Translations under genes and position numbers: made by a program | Shown here: in pieces, positions 9,803 through 19,125 of the stretch | Numbering within the stretch: the first letter of the stretch is position 1 | Layout: each line of letters begins with the position of its first letter | Assembly (NCBI GenBank): GCA_000466585.1 | Contig: KE993461.1 | Location: forward strand, 1 to 46,851 | Direction of reading: 5' to 3' | From: Clostridiales bacterium oral taxon 876 str. F0540 | GTDB lineage: Bacteria; Bacillota; Clostridia; Clostridiales; Clostridiaceae | Length of the DNA stretch: 46,851 nucleotides | Notes under the pieces: generated by a model | What the model was told of the DNA's origin: nothing | Seen by the model: the letters and a program-made list of their open reading frames with translations, nothing else | Databases searched by the model: none

Positions 9803-10414
9803 TTATCTGAATTTAACTGTAAATTTATCTTTTGTGGATACTATTTTAATGTTTAAGCTTGCTAGCAGCTTCTCCAGGCTTCTGGTATTATTAATATATC
9901 TTATATTATTTCTTTTAACCAAAAGCTCAATCATCTTGATGATATCTTTTTTCTGATCTTCATTAAGATTATTTTCCTCTTTTAATATCCATGAATTAAT
10001 ATAGGTAAGCGTATTCCAAATCTGCTCATCTGCGATTTTATTGATATCCATAAGAACCCATGTAAAATCTTTTCTTCTGTTATTTTCAGGATAAGCTTCC
10101 TTAAAAAATTCTATAAAATGATTAATAGGCTTTGGGTCTTTTTCCTTAACTAATTTCCCAAGCTGTGCTTTTAATTGATTTTTTAAATATAATTTTGTAT
10201 TAACTTTAACAGTTCCACCTAAATCCTCTATAGCTTTATAAACAAAATTATAATTTTCTTGTACCTTTTCGCTAGGTATATTATCCTGCTTCAATACTTT
10301 CAAAAGCTCAATATACTCTAATATGTTCTTTTTAGTAGTCAATTCTTTACCATATAAAACTTCCCAAGCCTCTTTAGCATTTAAATTCAATAAATCATTT
10401 GTTGATTCGTTCAT
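9803..10414 (-). CDS. Hypothetical protein of about 203 aa, cytoplasmic and charged.
   Basis: The ORF has an AAAGGAAGG RBS before MNESTND, and I recognise no domain. Confidence 0.4.
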   Translation of the reverse strand: MNESTNDLLNLNAKEAWEVLYGKELTTKKNILEYIELLKVLKQDNIPSEKVQENYNFVYKAIEDLGGTVKVNTKLYLKNQLKAQLGKLVKEKDPKPINHFIEFFKEAYPENNRRKDFTWVLMDINKIADEQIWNTLTYINSWILKEENNLNEDQKKDIIKMIELLVKRNNIRYINNTRSLEKLLASLNIKIVSTKDKFTVKFR

Positions 10415-10660
10415 TGCTGCACCTTCCTTTTCAGAATTCATTATAACATATATTATTATTATCAATCAGAATCTTCATTAATTTATATATAGATAAACAA
10501 CTTCTGTTATAAACTTACAAAAATAATAAATCATTGAATATTTGCTATTTTTATTGTATGTAAGTTAAGTTTTCGTAATGTTTATCTATAACTAACATTG
10601 AACTGCAAAAGAAATTATAATAAAATATTTGTAACATCTGCGGTTAAAAGGAGTTATATT

Positions 10661-12070
10661 ATGACAAAAGAAGAATTGGTTAAATTGCAGCAAGAAGTTA
10701 CTTTACTTAGATCTGAAGGAAAATATAAAGAAACTATTCAAAATTCCTATAGCCTTCTTAACGCCGGCATGGGAATGAAAGATTACAAATCTATTTTGAC
10801 TTCATATATAAATCTTGCGGCCTCCTATTATTGTATTGGAGATATAGAGGAAGCCTTTAAATGTATTGAAGCACATGAAACTATTTGCAATATGCATGGT
10901 GATGATTTAGACAAATTAAATTCCTGCAATATTTCCTTCCTGATATATGAATATAACAAAAACATTGATAAAGCAAAAACTACCCTCGAAAAGAGCATTG
11001 CTTTAGGCAAAAGACTTAGCAAACATAATATTGTGAGCAATTCATATAGTAACTATAGCCATATCTGCATGATAGACAAAGATTATAATAAAGCTTTGGA
11101 AATGGGAATATTGGGTCTTGAGGCCGCAAAGCTTCATGAGCCAGCTTCTCCTATTTTAGAGTTAAGAGTAAAACTAAACATTGCAAAAGCCTATATTTAT
11201 CTGAAGGATTTTCAATTTTCAAAAGTTTTGATTGACGAAATGCTTAATAGTCATTTTTTAGATTCCTTTCCGCGAGAAAAATCTCAGTGTTATGATCTGG
11301 AAGGTCAATGGCATAGGGAACAGAATTTATATAGACAAGCTTTTGAATCTTTTACTAGCGCCAAAGTTATAGTTGAAAGTTATAATGATATTTACTTATT
11401 AAAAGACATTCAAGAAGAACGCTGTAAATTATGTGAACTGATGAATGATTTTAATCTGGGCTATAAGATTCAAAAGGAATATATAGCAATTTTAAAGGAA
11501 ATTAATGAACGTGAGCTTTCTTTAGCAGCACTAAAACTTGAGATTAAATATAATATAATGCTTTTGGAGAAAAAAGCTTATACTGATCAGCTTACCGGAA
11601 TATATAATCGCGATTATATAGAAAGCACTACAAATAACTGGCTTAGTGAAGCAAGCGAAAAAAATGAAAGTATAGTGTGTCTTGTTTTAGACATTGATAA
11701 ATTCAAGTCCATTAACGATGAATTTGGTCACCTTTTTGGAGATGAAGTTGTAAAACAAGTCAGCAGAGCCTGCTCAAATATTATTAGAGAAGATGATTTG
11801 ATTGGGCGTTTTGGCGGAGATGAGTTCGTAGTTATTTTAAGAGGAGCCTCCCTTAAGGATGGTATAAATAAAGCTGAACAAATATTAGAAACGATACGGA
11901 ACTTGAAAATTAATCATGGAGATAAAACCATTCAGATTACAGCCAGCATAGGTGTTACTGATAACTTTGACAGTACAGCTATGCACTTTAGCGAGTTATT
12001 CAGAGCCGCTGATATGAGACTTTACAGAGCAAAACGCTGCGGCAGAAACCAAGTTTGTGCGGCAAGTTAA
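10661..12070 (+). CDS. Diguanylate cyclase with a C-terminal GGDEF domain and an N-terminal TPR-like helical repeat region.
   Basis: The RFGGDEF active-site motif is present, and an AAAGGAG RBS precedes the MTKEEL start. Confidence 0.8.
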   Translation: MTKEELVKLQQEVTLLRSEGKYKETIQNSYSLLNAGMGMKDYKSILTSYINLAASYYCIGDIEEAFKCIEAHETICNMHGDDLDKLNSCNISFLIYEYNKNIDKAKTTLEKSIALGKRLSKHNIVSNSYSNYSHICMIDKDYNKALEMGILGLEAAKLHEPASPILELRVKLNIAKAYIYLKDFQFSKVLIDEMLNSHFLDSFPREKSQCYDLEGQWHREQNLYRQAFESFTSAKVIVESYNDIYLLKDIQEERCKLCELMNDFNLGYKIQKEYIAILKEINERELSLAALKLEIKYNIMLLEKKAYTDQLTGIYNRDYIESTTNNWLSEASEKNESIVCLVLDIDKFKSINDEFGHLFGDEVVKQVSRACSNIIREDDLIGRFGGDEFVVILRGASLKDGINKAEQILETIRNLKINHGDKTIQITASIGVTDNFDSTAMHFSELFRAADMRLYRAKRCGRNQVCAAS

Positions 12071-12071
12071 T

Positions 12072-12108
12072 CAGGCAGAGGAATAACACCTCTGCCAATT
12101 ATTTTTCC
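12072..12108 (+). terminator. Rho-independent terminator (GGCAGAGG/CCTCTGCC plus a T-run).
   Basis: The inverted repeat is seen directly. Confidence 0.65.
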
Positions 12109-12199
12109 TCTATATACAATTCAAAAGTTCTAATATATTAATGATGTACTAAAAATCCTTGAAGATTGGATATTTTATGACATCATTAATACAAGGACT

Positions 12200-14455
12200 T
12201 TACTGCATTGTATTTAGCTTCCAGCTAAAACTATTGTCTTTAACATTCTTTACATATTGTAAGATTCCAACATCTTTAAGTTCAATACTTCCATCTTTCA
12301 ATAGTTTTTTCACCATAGTCTTTGTAAGTTTTTTATTAATAGATTTTAAAAAGTCGTCTTCCTTCCATATTACGAACTTGCATCCGTTCTTCCAGTTGCT
12401 GCAGCCAAATCCTCTCTGCCCCTCGATAATAGGATGCCCGCATATAGGACATTTTCCAAAGGTCTCAACTTTAGTTTTTTCATCAGAGCTTTGGTTCTTA
12501 TCAGTTGTATCTTTTTTCACCCTTGTCTTTTTATCCTTATTTTCTTTGTCAGATATTTTTCTATCTTCTAAAGCTGAATTTTTATTAGCGTAAGCTTTGG
12601 CCTTTTCAGAACAATCTTTTAATATAATAGGCTTATCTTTTTTTATGTTCTCAACAGACTTGCTTACAAATTCGAAAACAAGCTTTAAAAAATCCTGCTT
12701 ATTAAATTTTTCCTTTTCTATATCTGATAGAGTCTTTTCAAGTCTTCCTGTGTACTCCAAATCAAATAGCTCTTTTATTGGAAAGTTCTCAACTATCTTT
12801 CTTCCTAAATCCGTACAAATAAGTGATTTATCCTTGCTGTATATGTAGCCTATATCCTTAAGCTTCTTGATAGTTTCTGCTCTTGTTGCCGGAGTACCGA
12901 TGCTAAAGCCGCTTAGTATTGCAGCCATCATTTCATTGCTGTCTTCCTCCTCAAACTTCTTGCCGCAGGTTTCCATTACCCTTAGTAAGGTCTTTTCAAT
13001 ATGGTGCTTTGGAGGAGTGGTTTTATGCGAGGTTATTTTTAAAGCAACAAGCTGAACCGGTTCATTGATATTTACAAATGGAAGGATAACATCCTTTGAT
13101 TCAATTCTCTCTATCTTTTTCCACCCTTCAATAATCTGAACCTTGCCTTTTGATACAAATACTCCTTCACAAAAGGCATCATTTATTCTTGTCGTTATCT
13201 TAGTTTCTTCAGCCTCAGCTACAGGCATAAATTGAGCAATAAATCTATTTTTAATTGCATTGTATACAATTGCTTCATCGCTTGAAAGAGTTTTGGGAAG
13301 AATATAGGTAGGTATAATAGCACTGTGGCTTTCTACCTTTGAATTATCAAATACTCTTTTTGTTACTTTAAAGTGTATCTCGTCTTCAAAGGGCAGTCCT
13401 CTCTTTAAAAGCTTTAATACTTCTTCAGCCTTTCCTGAAAGACTTTCTTCCAGTACAGAACTTGCTGTTCTTGGATAGGTAATATGCTTTTTCTCATATA
13501 AGCCTTGAGCTACAGTAAGCACCTTGTCAGAGGTCCAACCTTTGTTTTTGCTTGTTATATATCCCTGAAGATTTGATAAATTAAACAGAAACGGAGGATA
13601 TTCTTTTTTCTTTTCCACCTCTTTATCTACTATAACACCACTCTTGCCCTTTAAATTTTTTAGAACTTCTTCAAGGTCTTTTTTAACACTAAACTTTTCT
13701 TCACCTTTTAGTGTATAGGTACCTTCGTATTCTTCATTTTTTTCAGTCTTAAAGGTTCCCTGAAGCTTGAAGTAATCATTTGGAACAAAGCTTTCAACTT
13801 CCTTGTCTCTATCGTATATAATTTTAAGAGTAGGAAGTATAACTCTTCCAATGTTTAAAGGCTTTCCCATACCTCTTTGATATTTTAAAGTAGCCACAGA
13901 GGTCAAATTAATTCCTATAACCCAATCTGCCCACTGTCTGCTTATTCCTGAATCTTGCATTGGTTTCATCAAATCATTGGGTTTAAGTTTATTAAGACCA
14001 GCCAAAACTTCCTTTGGTGTCCATTCATTAAGGAGAAGCCTGTATATAGGCTTACTCACCCTTAAATATTTTAATATTATATCACCGATAATCTGACCTT
14101 CTCTATCATAATCACAGGCAGAAATAACTGCTTCTACATCATCTCTGCTTATAAGATACTTGATTATATTAATTTGCTTATCAGCGCCGCTGTCTTTTTT
14201 ATTTCTGTCCCCTGAAGCACTTTTAACCTTATATTTAAACCTCTGTGGAATAAAAGGAAACTTCTCCATTCTCCATCCGGCCATATTAGGATCGTAGTCC
14301 TTGGCATCATAAAGCTGAAGTAAATGTCCAAAGGCCCAGGTTACAATATAATCCTGTCCTTCAAGATATCCATCTTTTCGTAATTTTATATTTAAAGCCT
14401 CAGCTATATTTTTTGCAACGCTTGGTTTTTCCGCTATTATAACTTTTTTACCCAC
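12200..14455 (-). CDS. topB: DNA topoisomerase III.
   Basis: A Toprim N-terminus (KKVIIAEKPSVAKNIAEAL), a type IA core and a C-terminal zinc ribbon (CPICGHPIIEGQRGFGCSNWKNGCKF) are present. Confidence 0.9.
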   Translation of the reverse strand: MGKKVIIAEKPSVAKNIAEALNIKLRKDGYLEGQDYIVTWAFGHLLQLYDAKDYDPNMAGWRMEKFPFIPQRFKYKVKSASGDRNKKDSGADKQINIIKYLISRDDVEAVISACDYDREGQIIGDIILKYLRVSKPIYRLLLNEWTPKEVLAGLNKLKPNDLMKPMQDSGISRQWADWVIGINLTSVATLKYQRGMGKPLNIGRVILPTLKIIYDRDKEVESFVPNDYFKLQGTFKTEKNEEYEGTYTLKGEEKFSVKKDLEEVLKNLKGKSGVIVDKEVEKKKEYPPFLFNLSNLQGYITSKNKGWTSDKVLTVAQGLYEKKHITYPRTASSVLEESLSGKAEEVLKLLKRGLPFEDEIHFKVTKRVFDNSKVESHSAIIPTYILPKTLSSDEAIVYNAIKNRFIAQFMPVAEAEETKITTRINDAFCEGVFVSKGKVQIIEGWKKIERIESKDVILPFVNINEPVQLVALKITSHKTTPPKHHIEKTLLRVMETCGKKFEEEDSNEMMAAILSGFSIGTPATRAETIKKLKDIGYIYSKDKSLICTDLGRKIVENFPIKELFDLEYTGRLEKTLSDIEKEKFNKQDFLKLVFEFVSKSVENIKKDKPIILKDCSEKAKAYANKNSALEDRKISDKENKDKKTRVKKDTTDKNQSSDEKTKVETFGKCPICGHPIIEGQRGFGCSNWKNGCKFVIWKEDDFLKSINKKLTKTMVKKLLKDGSIELKDVGILQYVKNVKDNSFSWKLNTMQ

Positions 14456-14606
14456 TACTTAGGCACCTCAATTTGTATAAAATTATCCTTCTTATTCTAT
14501 CACACTTAATGGCAATATTAAAAGCTTATAGATAAACATTAAGTATTGTGTCAATTCTAAATAATTTACATAACATAATAGTGATGAATTTGTTTGGAGG
14601 TTTAAA

Positions 14607-15176
14607 ATGAATAATAACTACTGGTATAATCAAAATCAGTATTATCAAAACCCTTATCAATATTCCTACTATTACTGCAATGACTGTCCCGTAATGCAAG
14701 ACTATTACAGATCCTATGAAATGCAGCCATACTATCAGGATTATTACAGCAATAACTATGACAGCTTTTACAGATCAACGGAGGAAGATTTTATAGATAC
14801 TAGTTTTGACGAAACAAATACTCTTGAAAGAAACATTAACATAACTAAAGATATTATAGAAGACATAACTGCATCCATAAGAAAAGATTCTATGCATATA
14901 TTTAAAGACATTGAAGGCTTCATAACTGATACTAGATTAATGGACTATATGCTTGCAGCTCTCATAACATACATCTGCAATAACTACTATAAATATGAGA
15001 ATGTCATAGATGATGCAACAGACGGCTTAGTTGAAGAGTTAAGACGCAATCTTCCTTGGGTATTCGATATTCTAAAAGTATTCGGAATCACACCAAAAGT
15101 AGTAGATAAATTCTTAGATGATCTAATAAGATCAACTGTAGAAAATCTCAGAAAAAAGATGCCCGCAAATCTATAA
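14607..15176 (+). CDS. Tyrosine-rich protein, possibly a spore coat protein. The N-terminal 55 aa are Y/Q/N-rich; the rest is a structured C-terminal domain.
   Basis: The N-terminus (MNNNYWYNQNQYYQNPYQYSYYYCNDC...) is extremely Tyr-rich. A GGAGG RBS lies upstream and a terminator follows. Confidence 0.5.
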   Translation: MNNNYWYNQNQYYQNPYQYSYYYCNDCPVMQDYYRSYEMQPYYQDYYSNNYDSFYRSTEEDFIDTSFDETNTLERNINITKDIIEDITASIRKDSMHIFKDIEGFITDTRLMDYMLAALITYICNNYYKYENVIDDATDGLVEELRRNLPWVFDILKVFGITPKVVDKFLDDLIRSTVENLRKKMPANL

Positions 15177-15180
15177 TATA

Positions 15181-15216
15181 AAAATCCAGCAGTTTATTTT
15201 TAACTGCTGGATTTTC
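15181..15216. terminator. Bidirectional terminator (ATCCAGCAGTT/AACTGCTGGAT) serving both convergent genes.
   Basis: The 11-bp stem is flanked by A-runs and T-runs. Confidence 0.7.
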
Positions 15217-15222
15217 GTATTA

Positions 15223-16299
15223 TTATTTTTCTTTATTCCAATCTATATAAACAACAGCCTTAATTAAATCCTTTGGCTTATCTCTCATAACATAAAAGGC
15301 TTCTTCAAGCTTATCAAAACCATAGAATTTATGAGTAACCATCTTTCCAGGCTGAATTCTTCCATATCGAATCATATTTAGCAATCTTTCAATACGAACA
15401 CGTCCACCTTCACAAAGATCGCCTTTAATTGTTTTCCCTGCCATTCCACGTCCAAAAGCTAATGTAGGAATAGGCAGATATTCTGAACCTGTAAAGTAAT
15501 TTATATTCGCTATATTTCCTCCTCCAAAACGAGTCATAGCAACAGCCAATGCAAAAGTTTCAGCATTTCCGCCAGCAATAATTGTTGCATCTGTACCTCT
15601 TCCTGAAGTAAGTTCAAGAACTTGTTTAGCAATGTTTCCATCTTTATAGCTTATAATATCGGTTGCCCCGTATTCCTTTGCAAGAGCAACACAATCTGGG
15701 CGTGTACCTACAGCAAAAATACGAGCAGCACCACGAAGCTTTGCTCCTGCAACAGCCATAAGGCCCACAGGTCCTATACCAATTACACATACAGTATCTC
15801 CAAATTTGATATCAGCAAGTTCTGCTCCGCTAAAACCTGTTGTAACCATATCTACTGTCATAAGAGCATCATCTATAGAAATATCCTCAGGCATAAGAGC
15901 TAAGTTATTATCAGCATCATTTACCATAAATAATTCTGCAAAAACTCCATCTCTTGATCCTGAAAGTTCAAGTCCTGAAAAAGGACCCCCTGCATGCTTA
16001 AAATTATGTTCTTGAATTCCTCTTGCACGCCAATTTGGAGTACCTGCTGGAACAACAACCTTGTCCCCAACTTTAAACTCATTAACCAATTCTCCAACTT
16101 CAACTATTTCTCCAACTGCCTCATGTCCGAGAACAAACCCTGAAGGTTTTTCCGCTCCTCCTTCAAAAGCAGTATGTACATCTGAAGAACATGGCGCAAT
16201 AGCTATTGGCCTAATTATCGCATCATACGGTCCTGCAATTGGTTTTTCTTTTTCAATCCATGCAACTAAGTTTGGCTTTATTAATCCTAAGGCTTTCAT
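15223..16299 (-). CDS. adh: NADP-dependent zinc alcohol dehydrogenase of the secondary-alcohol dehydrogenase type.
   Basis: The protein is highly similar along its length to the C. beijerinckii / Thermoanaerobacter secondary ADH (PCSSDVHT, GHEAVGEIVEVG, GIGPVGLMAVAGAKLRGA). Confidence 0.85.
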   Translation of the reverse strand: MKALGLIKPNLVAWIEKEKPIAGPYDAIIRPIAIAPCSSDVHTAFEGGAEKPSGFVLGHEAVGEIVEVGELVNEFKVGDKVVVPAGTPNWRARGIQEHNFKHAGGPFSGLELSGSRDGVFAELFMVNDADNNLALMPEDISIDDALMTVDMVTTGFSGAELADIKFGDTVCVIGIGPVGLMAVAGAKLRGAARIFAVGTRPDCVALAKEYGATDIISYKDGNIAKQVLELTSGRGTDATIIAGGNAETFALAVAMTRFGGGNIANINYFTGSEYLPIPTLAFGRGMAGKTIKGDLCEGGRVRIERLLNMIRYGRIQPGKMVTHKFYGFDKLEEAFYVMRDKPKDLIKAVVYIDWNKEK

Positions 16300-16334
16300 A
16301 TTACAAACCTTCTTTCAATTAGTTTTACAACTTA

Positions 16335-16363
16335 ATTATAAAATTTTGTTATTTTTTTGTCAA
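16335..16363 (-). promoter_or_regulatory. Consensus sigma-A promoter for adh: TTGACA, a 17-nt spacer, then TATAAT (minus strand).
   Basis: The hexamers and the spacing match the consensus exactly. Confidence 0.5.
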
Positions 16364-16367
16364 TGTG

Positions 16368-17411
16368 TCAAAACATAGAAATTTGTTCTGTTTTATTCTC
16401 CTTTAAGGAGGATATTGAAAGTCCTATAAGCCTAATCTTTTCCTTGAGTTCAAGTTCCTCAAGTATACTTAAAGCTTCCTCATAGATATCCTCTTTATCA
16501 TATATAAAGTGAGTCAAGGTTCTGCTTTTTGTATGATTAACAAAGGAGGAAGTTTTTATTTTAATAGTAACACTTTTTCCACTGAAGTTTTTATTTCTCA
16601 TGGTATCAGCTATTGATTCAGAAAAATCCTTTAAGTAAATCTTTAAGTCTTCTTTGATATCTGTATCCACTCTAAGGGTTGTCTCTCTTCCTATGGATTT
16701 TCTTTCTCTGTCTATGCTAATCTCCCTATTATCAATCCCACGTGCTCTTTCATAAATTTCCACTCCAAACTTTCCAAAAAACTCTACTAAGAGCTCCTTT
16801 GGAAGCTCATAAAGTTCTTTAACAGTAAAAACGCCGATATCATTAAGCTTCTTAACCGACTTCTGACCAAGCCCATAAACCTTGCTTATTGAAAGCGGAA
16901 ATAGTATTTTAGGAACCATGTGTTTTTCAATTACTTTTAAACCATCAGGCTTATTCCAATCTGAAGCAAGCTTTGCTAAAAACTTGTTATAAGAAACACC
17001 TGCAGAAATAGTAAGTCCCGTTTGTCTTTTTACTTCCTGCTTAATATATACTGCAATTTCAACAGAATCTTTTTCTAGATGCGTTATATCCAGATAGGCC
17101 TCATCTATACTTAAAGGCTCTACTAGATCTGTTATCTTATGAAATATATTAAATATTCTATTTGATATTTCCTTATATCTTCCATATCTTACTGGTAGAA
17201 AAACGGCCTCCGGACACCTGGCTTTTGCCATATATATAGGCATAGCACTTCTTATGCCAAATTCTCTGGCCTCATAAGAGCAGGTTGCAACCACCCCTCT
17301 TTCGGTAGTTCCGCCAACTATAACAGGTTTTCCTTTAAGGCCCGGATTATCCATAATCTCGACCGATGCAAAAAATGCATCCATATCTACATGAATTATT
17401 TTTCTATCCAT
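16368..17411 (-). CDS. dinB: DNA polymerase IV.
   Basis: The MDRKIIHVDMDAFFASVE motif and the Y-family polymerase layout are present. The start codon abuts the folT stop codon (TAGATG). Confidence 0.9.
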   Translation of the reverse strand: MDRKIIHVDMDAFFASVEIMDNPGLKGKPVIVGGTTERGVVATCSYEAREFGIRSAMPIYMAKARCPEAVFLPVRYGRYKEISNRIFNIFHKITDLVEPLSIDEAYLDITHLEKDSVEIAVYIKQEVKRQTGLTISAGVSYNKFLAKLASDWNKPDGLKVIEKHMVPKILFPLSISKVYGLGQKSVKKLNDIGVFTVKELYELPKELLVEFFGKFGVEIYERARGIDNREISIDRERKSIGRETTLRVDTDIKEDLKIYLKDFSESIADTMRNKNFSGKSVTIKIKTSSFVNHTKSRTLTHFIYDKEDIYEEALSILEELELKEKIRLIGLSISSLKENKTEQISMF

Positions 17412-17930
17412 CTATTTTCCCATTTCATTTATTATTTTTATTTTAAAAGCAGAATTTAACGCTTTATAGACTATACATATTACTATGACTTGTATTGGAA
17501 GCATAACTGCATTAGATATTACTCGCGTTGGAAGTATTGCTAGTACTGCCTTGTTGAGTAGTATGTGGAGCCATAAAGTATTCAGGCCTAAATCTATAAA
17601 TAATTTAATAATTAATACTGATATACTTACTCTGACAGTACTTAAAGTTTTTTTATATAAAAAAATTCCATAAATTGCACCAGTTAAAAAAGCACTTAAA
17701 GTAAAGCCCGGAAAATAAGCTGCCTTTGGAAAAAGCATCATTCCTATTAAATCTGCTATAGCTGCAGTGGTTCCTCCTACTAACGGACCAAACATAATGG
17801 CTGCTAATGCTATAGGCAGAAAATCAAAGCTTATTCTAACTATTGGAGTTTGTATTGATAAAAATCTTGTAAGTACAATATCAATAGCAATAAATAATCC
17901 CATAAGAATAATTTTTCTTGTTTTTTTCAT
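17412..17930 (-). CDS. folT: Folate ECF-transporter substrate-specific (S) component.
   Basis: The membrane protein is about 170 aa, with a typical N-terminus for the family (KIILMGLFIAIDIVLTRFLSIQTP). A THF riboswitch lies immediately upstream. Confidence 0.7.
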   Translation of the reverse strand: MKKTRKIILMGLFIAIDIVLTRFLSIQTPIVRISFDFLPIALAAIMFGPLVGGTTAAIADLIGMMLFPKAAYFPGFTLSAFLTGAIYGIFLYKKTLSTVRVSISVLIIKLFIDLGLNTLWLHILLNKAVLAILPTRVISNAVMLPIQVIVICIVYKALNSAFKIKIINEMGK

Positions 17931-17990
17931 AAATAAATTCCCCCTCTTTTATAAATGGCATAATGCCACAAAAGAAGGAGAACTCCTTTT

Positions 17991-18096
17991 TTGTGGCAGC
18001 GGAATGCGATAAATGCACCGCAGCTTTTTAAAGCTTTCGTCTAGCGGCAACTTCCCGTCCAACTAGCACTTGACGCACATTTATCTACTCTGCCCT
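17991..18096 (-). promoter_or_regulatory. THF (tetrahydrofolate) riboswitch in the folT leader.
   Basis: The minus-strand sequence GGGCAGAGUAGAUAAAUGUGCGUCAAGUG...GACGAAAGC...GCGGUGCAUUUAUCGCAUUCCGCUGCC matches the conserved blocks of the folT motif (AGAGUAG, GCGUnAAGUG, ACGAAGC, GCGGUG...GCAUCCGCU). Confidence 0.8.
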
Positions 18097-18149
18097 ATTA
18101 CTATCTATTTTAGTTAATTTTGTAATTTAAATCAATAACCATATTTCTA

Positions 18150-18578
18150 TTAAATTCTTCTTATGTCTTTTTGGAGACATAGATATACAGTAATTACTGT
18201 GAAAATTACTGAGGTTATAAGAAGCAGCATATTCATCGGCATTAAATCTGCAGCAGCTCCTCCCAAAAGCATTCGTAAAGGCATGGCAGCCATAATAAGC
18301 GTATTAAGAAGAGAAGAAACTTTACCTAATATTTCATTTGGAACAAGTCTTTGCACAACAACCCCAATAGGAATATTTAGTATTGAGTTTGCCATACCAA
18401 TAAATAAATATATTGCAATAAATAAGATTACAACCATTTTACTTGACAGTATTCCTTTAGAACCTGCGAGCATTACAAAGTAAATTGAAAATATAAGTAC
18501 ACTAAAAGCTTTTAAATTTATTATTGTCAACAGAATATAAAAAATATATTTATTCAACAACTTCATTATAATCGGCAT
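18150..18578 (-). pseudogene. C-terminal fragment (about 4 TM segments) of an MFS transporter; probable gene remnant.
   Basis: The MFS C-terminal signature (VVQRLVPNEILGKVSSLLNT...LLGGAAADL) is present, but the N-terminal 250 or more aa are missing. The unrelated upstream ORF overlaps it in another frame. Confidence 0.45.
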
Positions 18579-18912
18579 TTATTATTTTATCCTTACTATA
18601 GAATGCATCTGGATCTCCATATATTTTTACTCTTGTTTTAACAAACTTTTCTCCTAATCTCTTTCCGCTTACAAAATCTTCATCTGAAGCAGCCTGTATA
18701 ATGCTTCCAGCTAACTTTGCGGACATCTTTGTTGCTTTTCCAGCAGCTTTTCCAATAACTTTTCCTGTTTTTACAATATTTTTGCCCAAATCTTTCCTGC
18801 CCGCCAGTATTACAATGCCGCCAACAATAGCACCTGTTAACAATAAATTATATTGAAGTATTGAGCCAATCAATTGTCCTGTACCTCTTACCACTGTTGA
18901 TTTATTCATCAT
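18550..18912 (-). CDS. Hypothetical membrane-anchored protein (one N-terminal TM segment and a Lys-rich tail; YtxH/DUF948-like).
   Basis: An AAAGGCAGGA RBS and a TM helix (LLLTGAIVGGIVILAG) are present. Confidence 0.4.
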   Translation of the reverse strand: MMNKSTVVRGTGQLIGSILQYNLLLTGAIVGGIVILAGRKDLGKNIVKTGKVIGKAAGKATKMSAKLAGSIIQAASDEDFVSGKRLGEKFVKTRVKIYGDPDAFYSKDKIINADYNEVVE

Positions 18913-19125
18913 ATAATCCTGCCTTTCAATTTATTATTAAATTTATAATAATTATTCCCAATCTTACTATACGCTTATACGATTTTAAGTCTAAGTATCA
19001 TTGCAGTTATTTATAATAAGTATTAATATTAATTATAGTACAATACATTTGTAGATTAAACGCATAAATTATGTTTGAAAATAATCGAAATTTCATTGCC
19101 AGGTGTTTTGAGGAAGGTGAAAATA

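Noticed and set aside
10598-10660. An upstream extension of the GGDEF ORF (MNCKRNYNKIFVTSAVKRSYIM...).
   Set aside because: It has no RBS. A good AAAGGAG RBS precedes the internal MTKEEL start at 10661.
16368-17500. A LexA (Cheo-box) operator was expected in front of dinB.
   Set aside because: No GAAC-N4-GTTC-type palindrome is present within about 150 nt upstream. dinB instead abuts folT.
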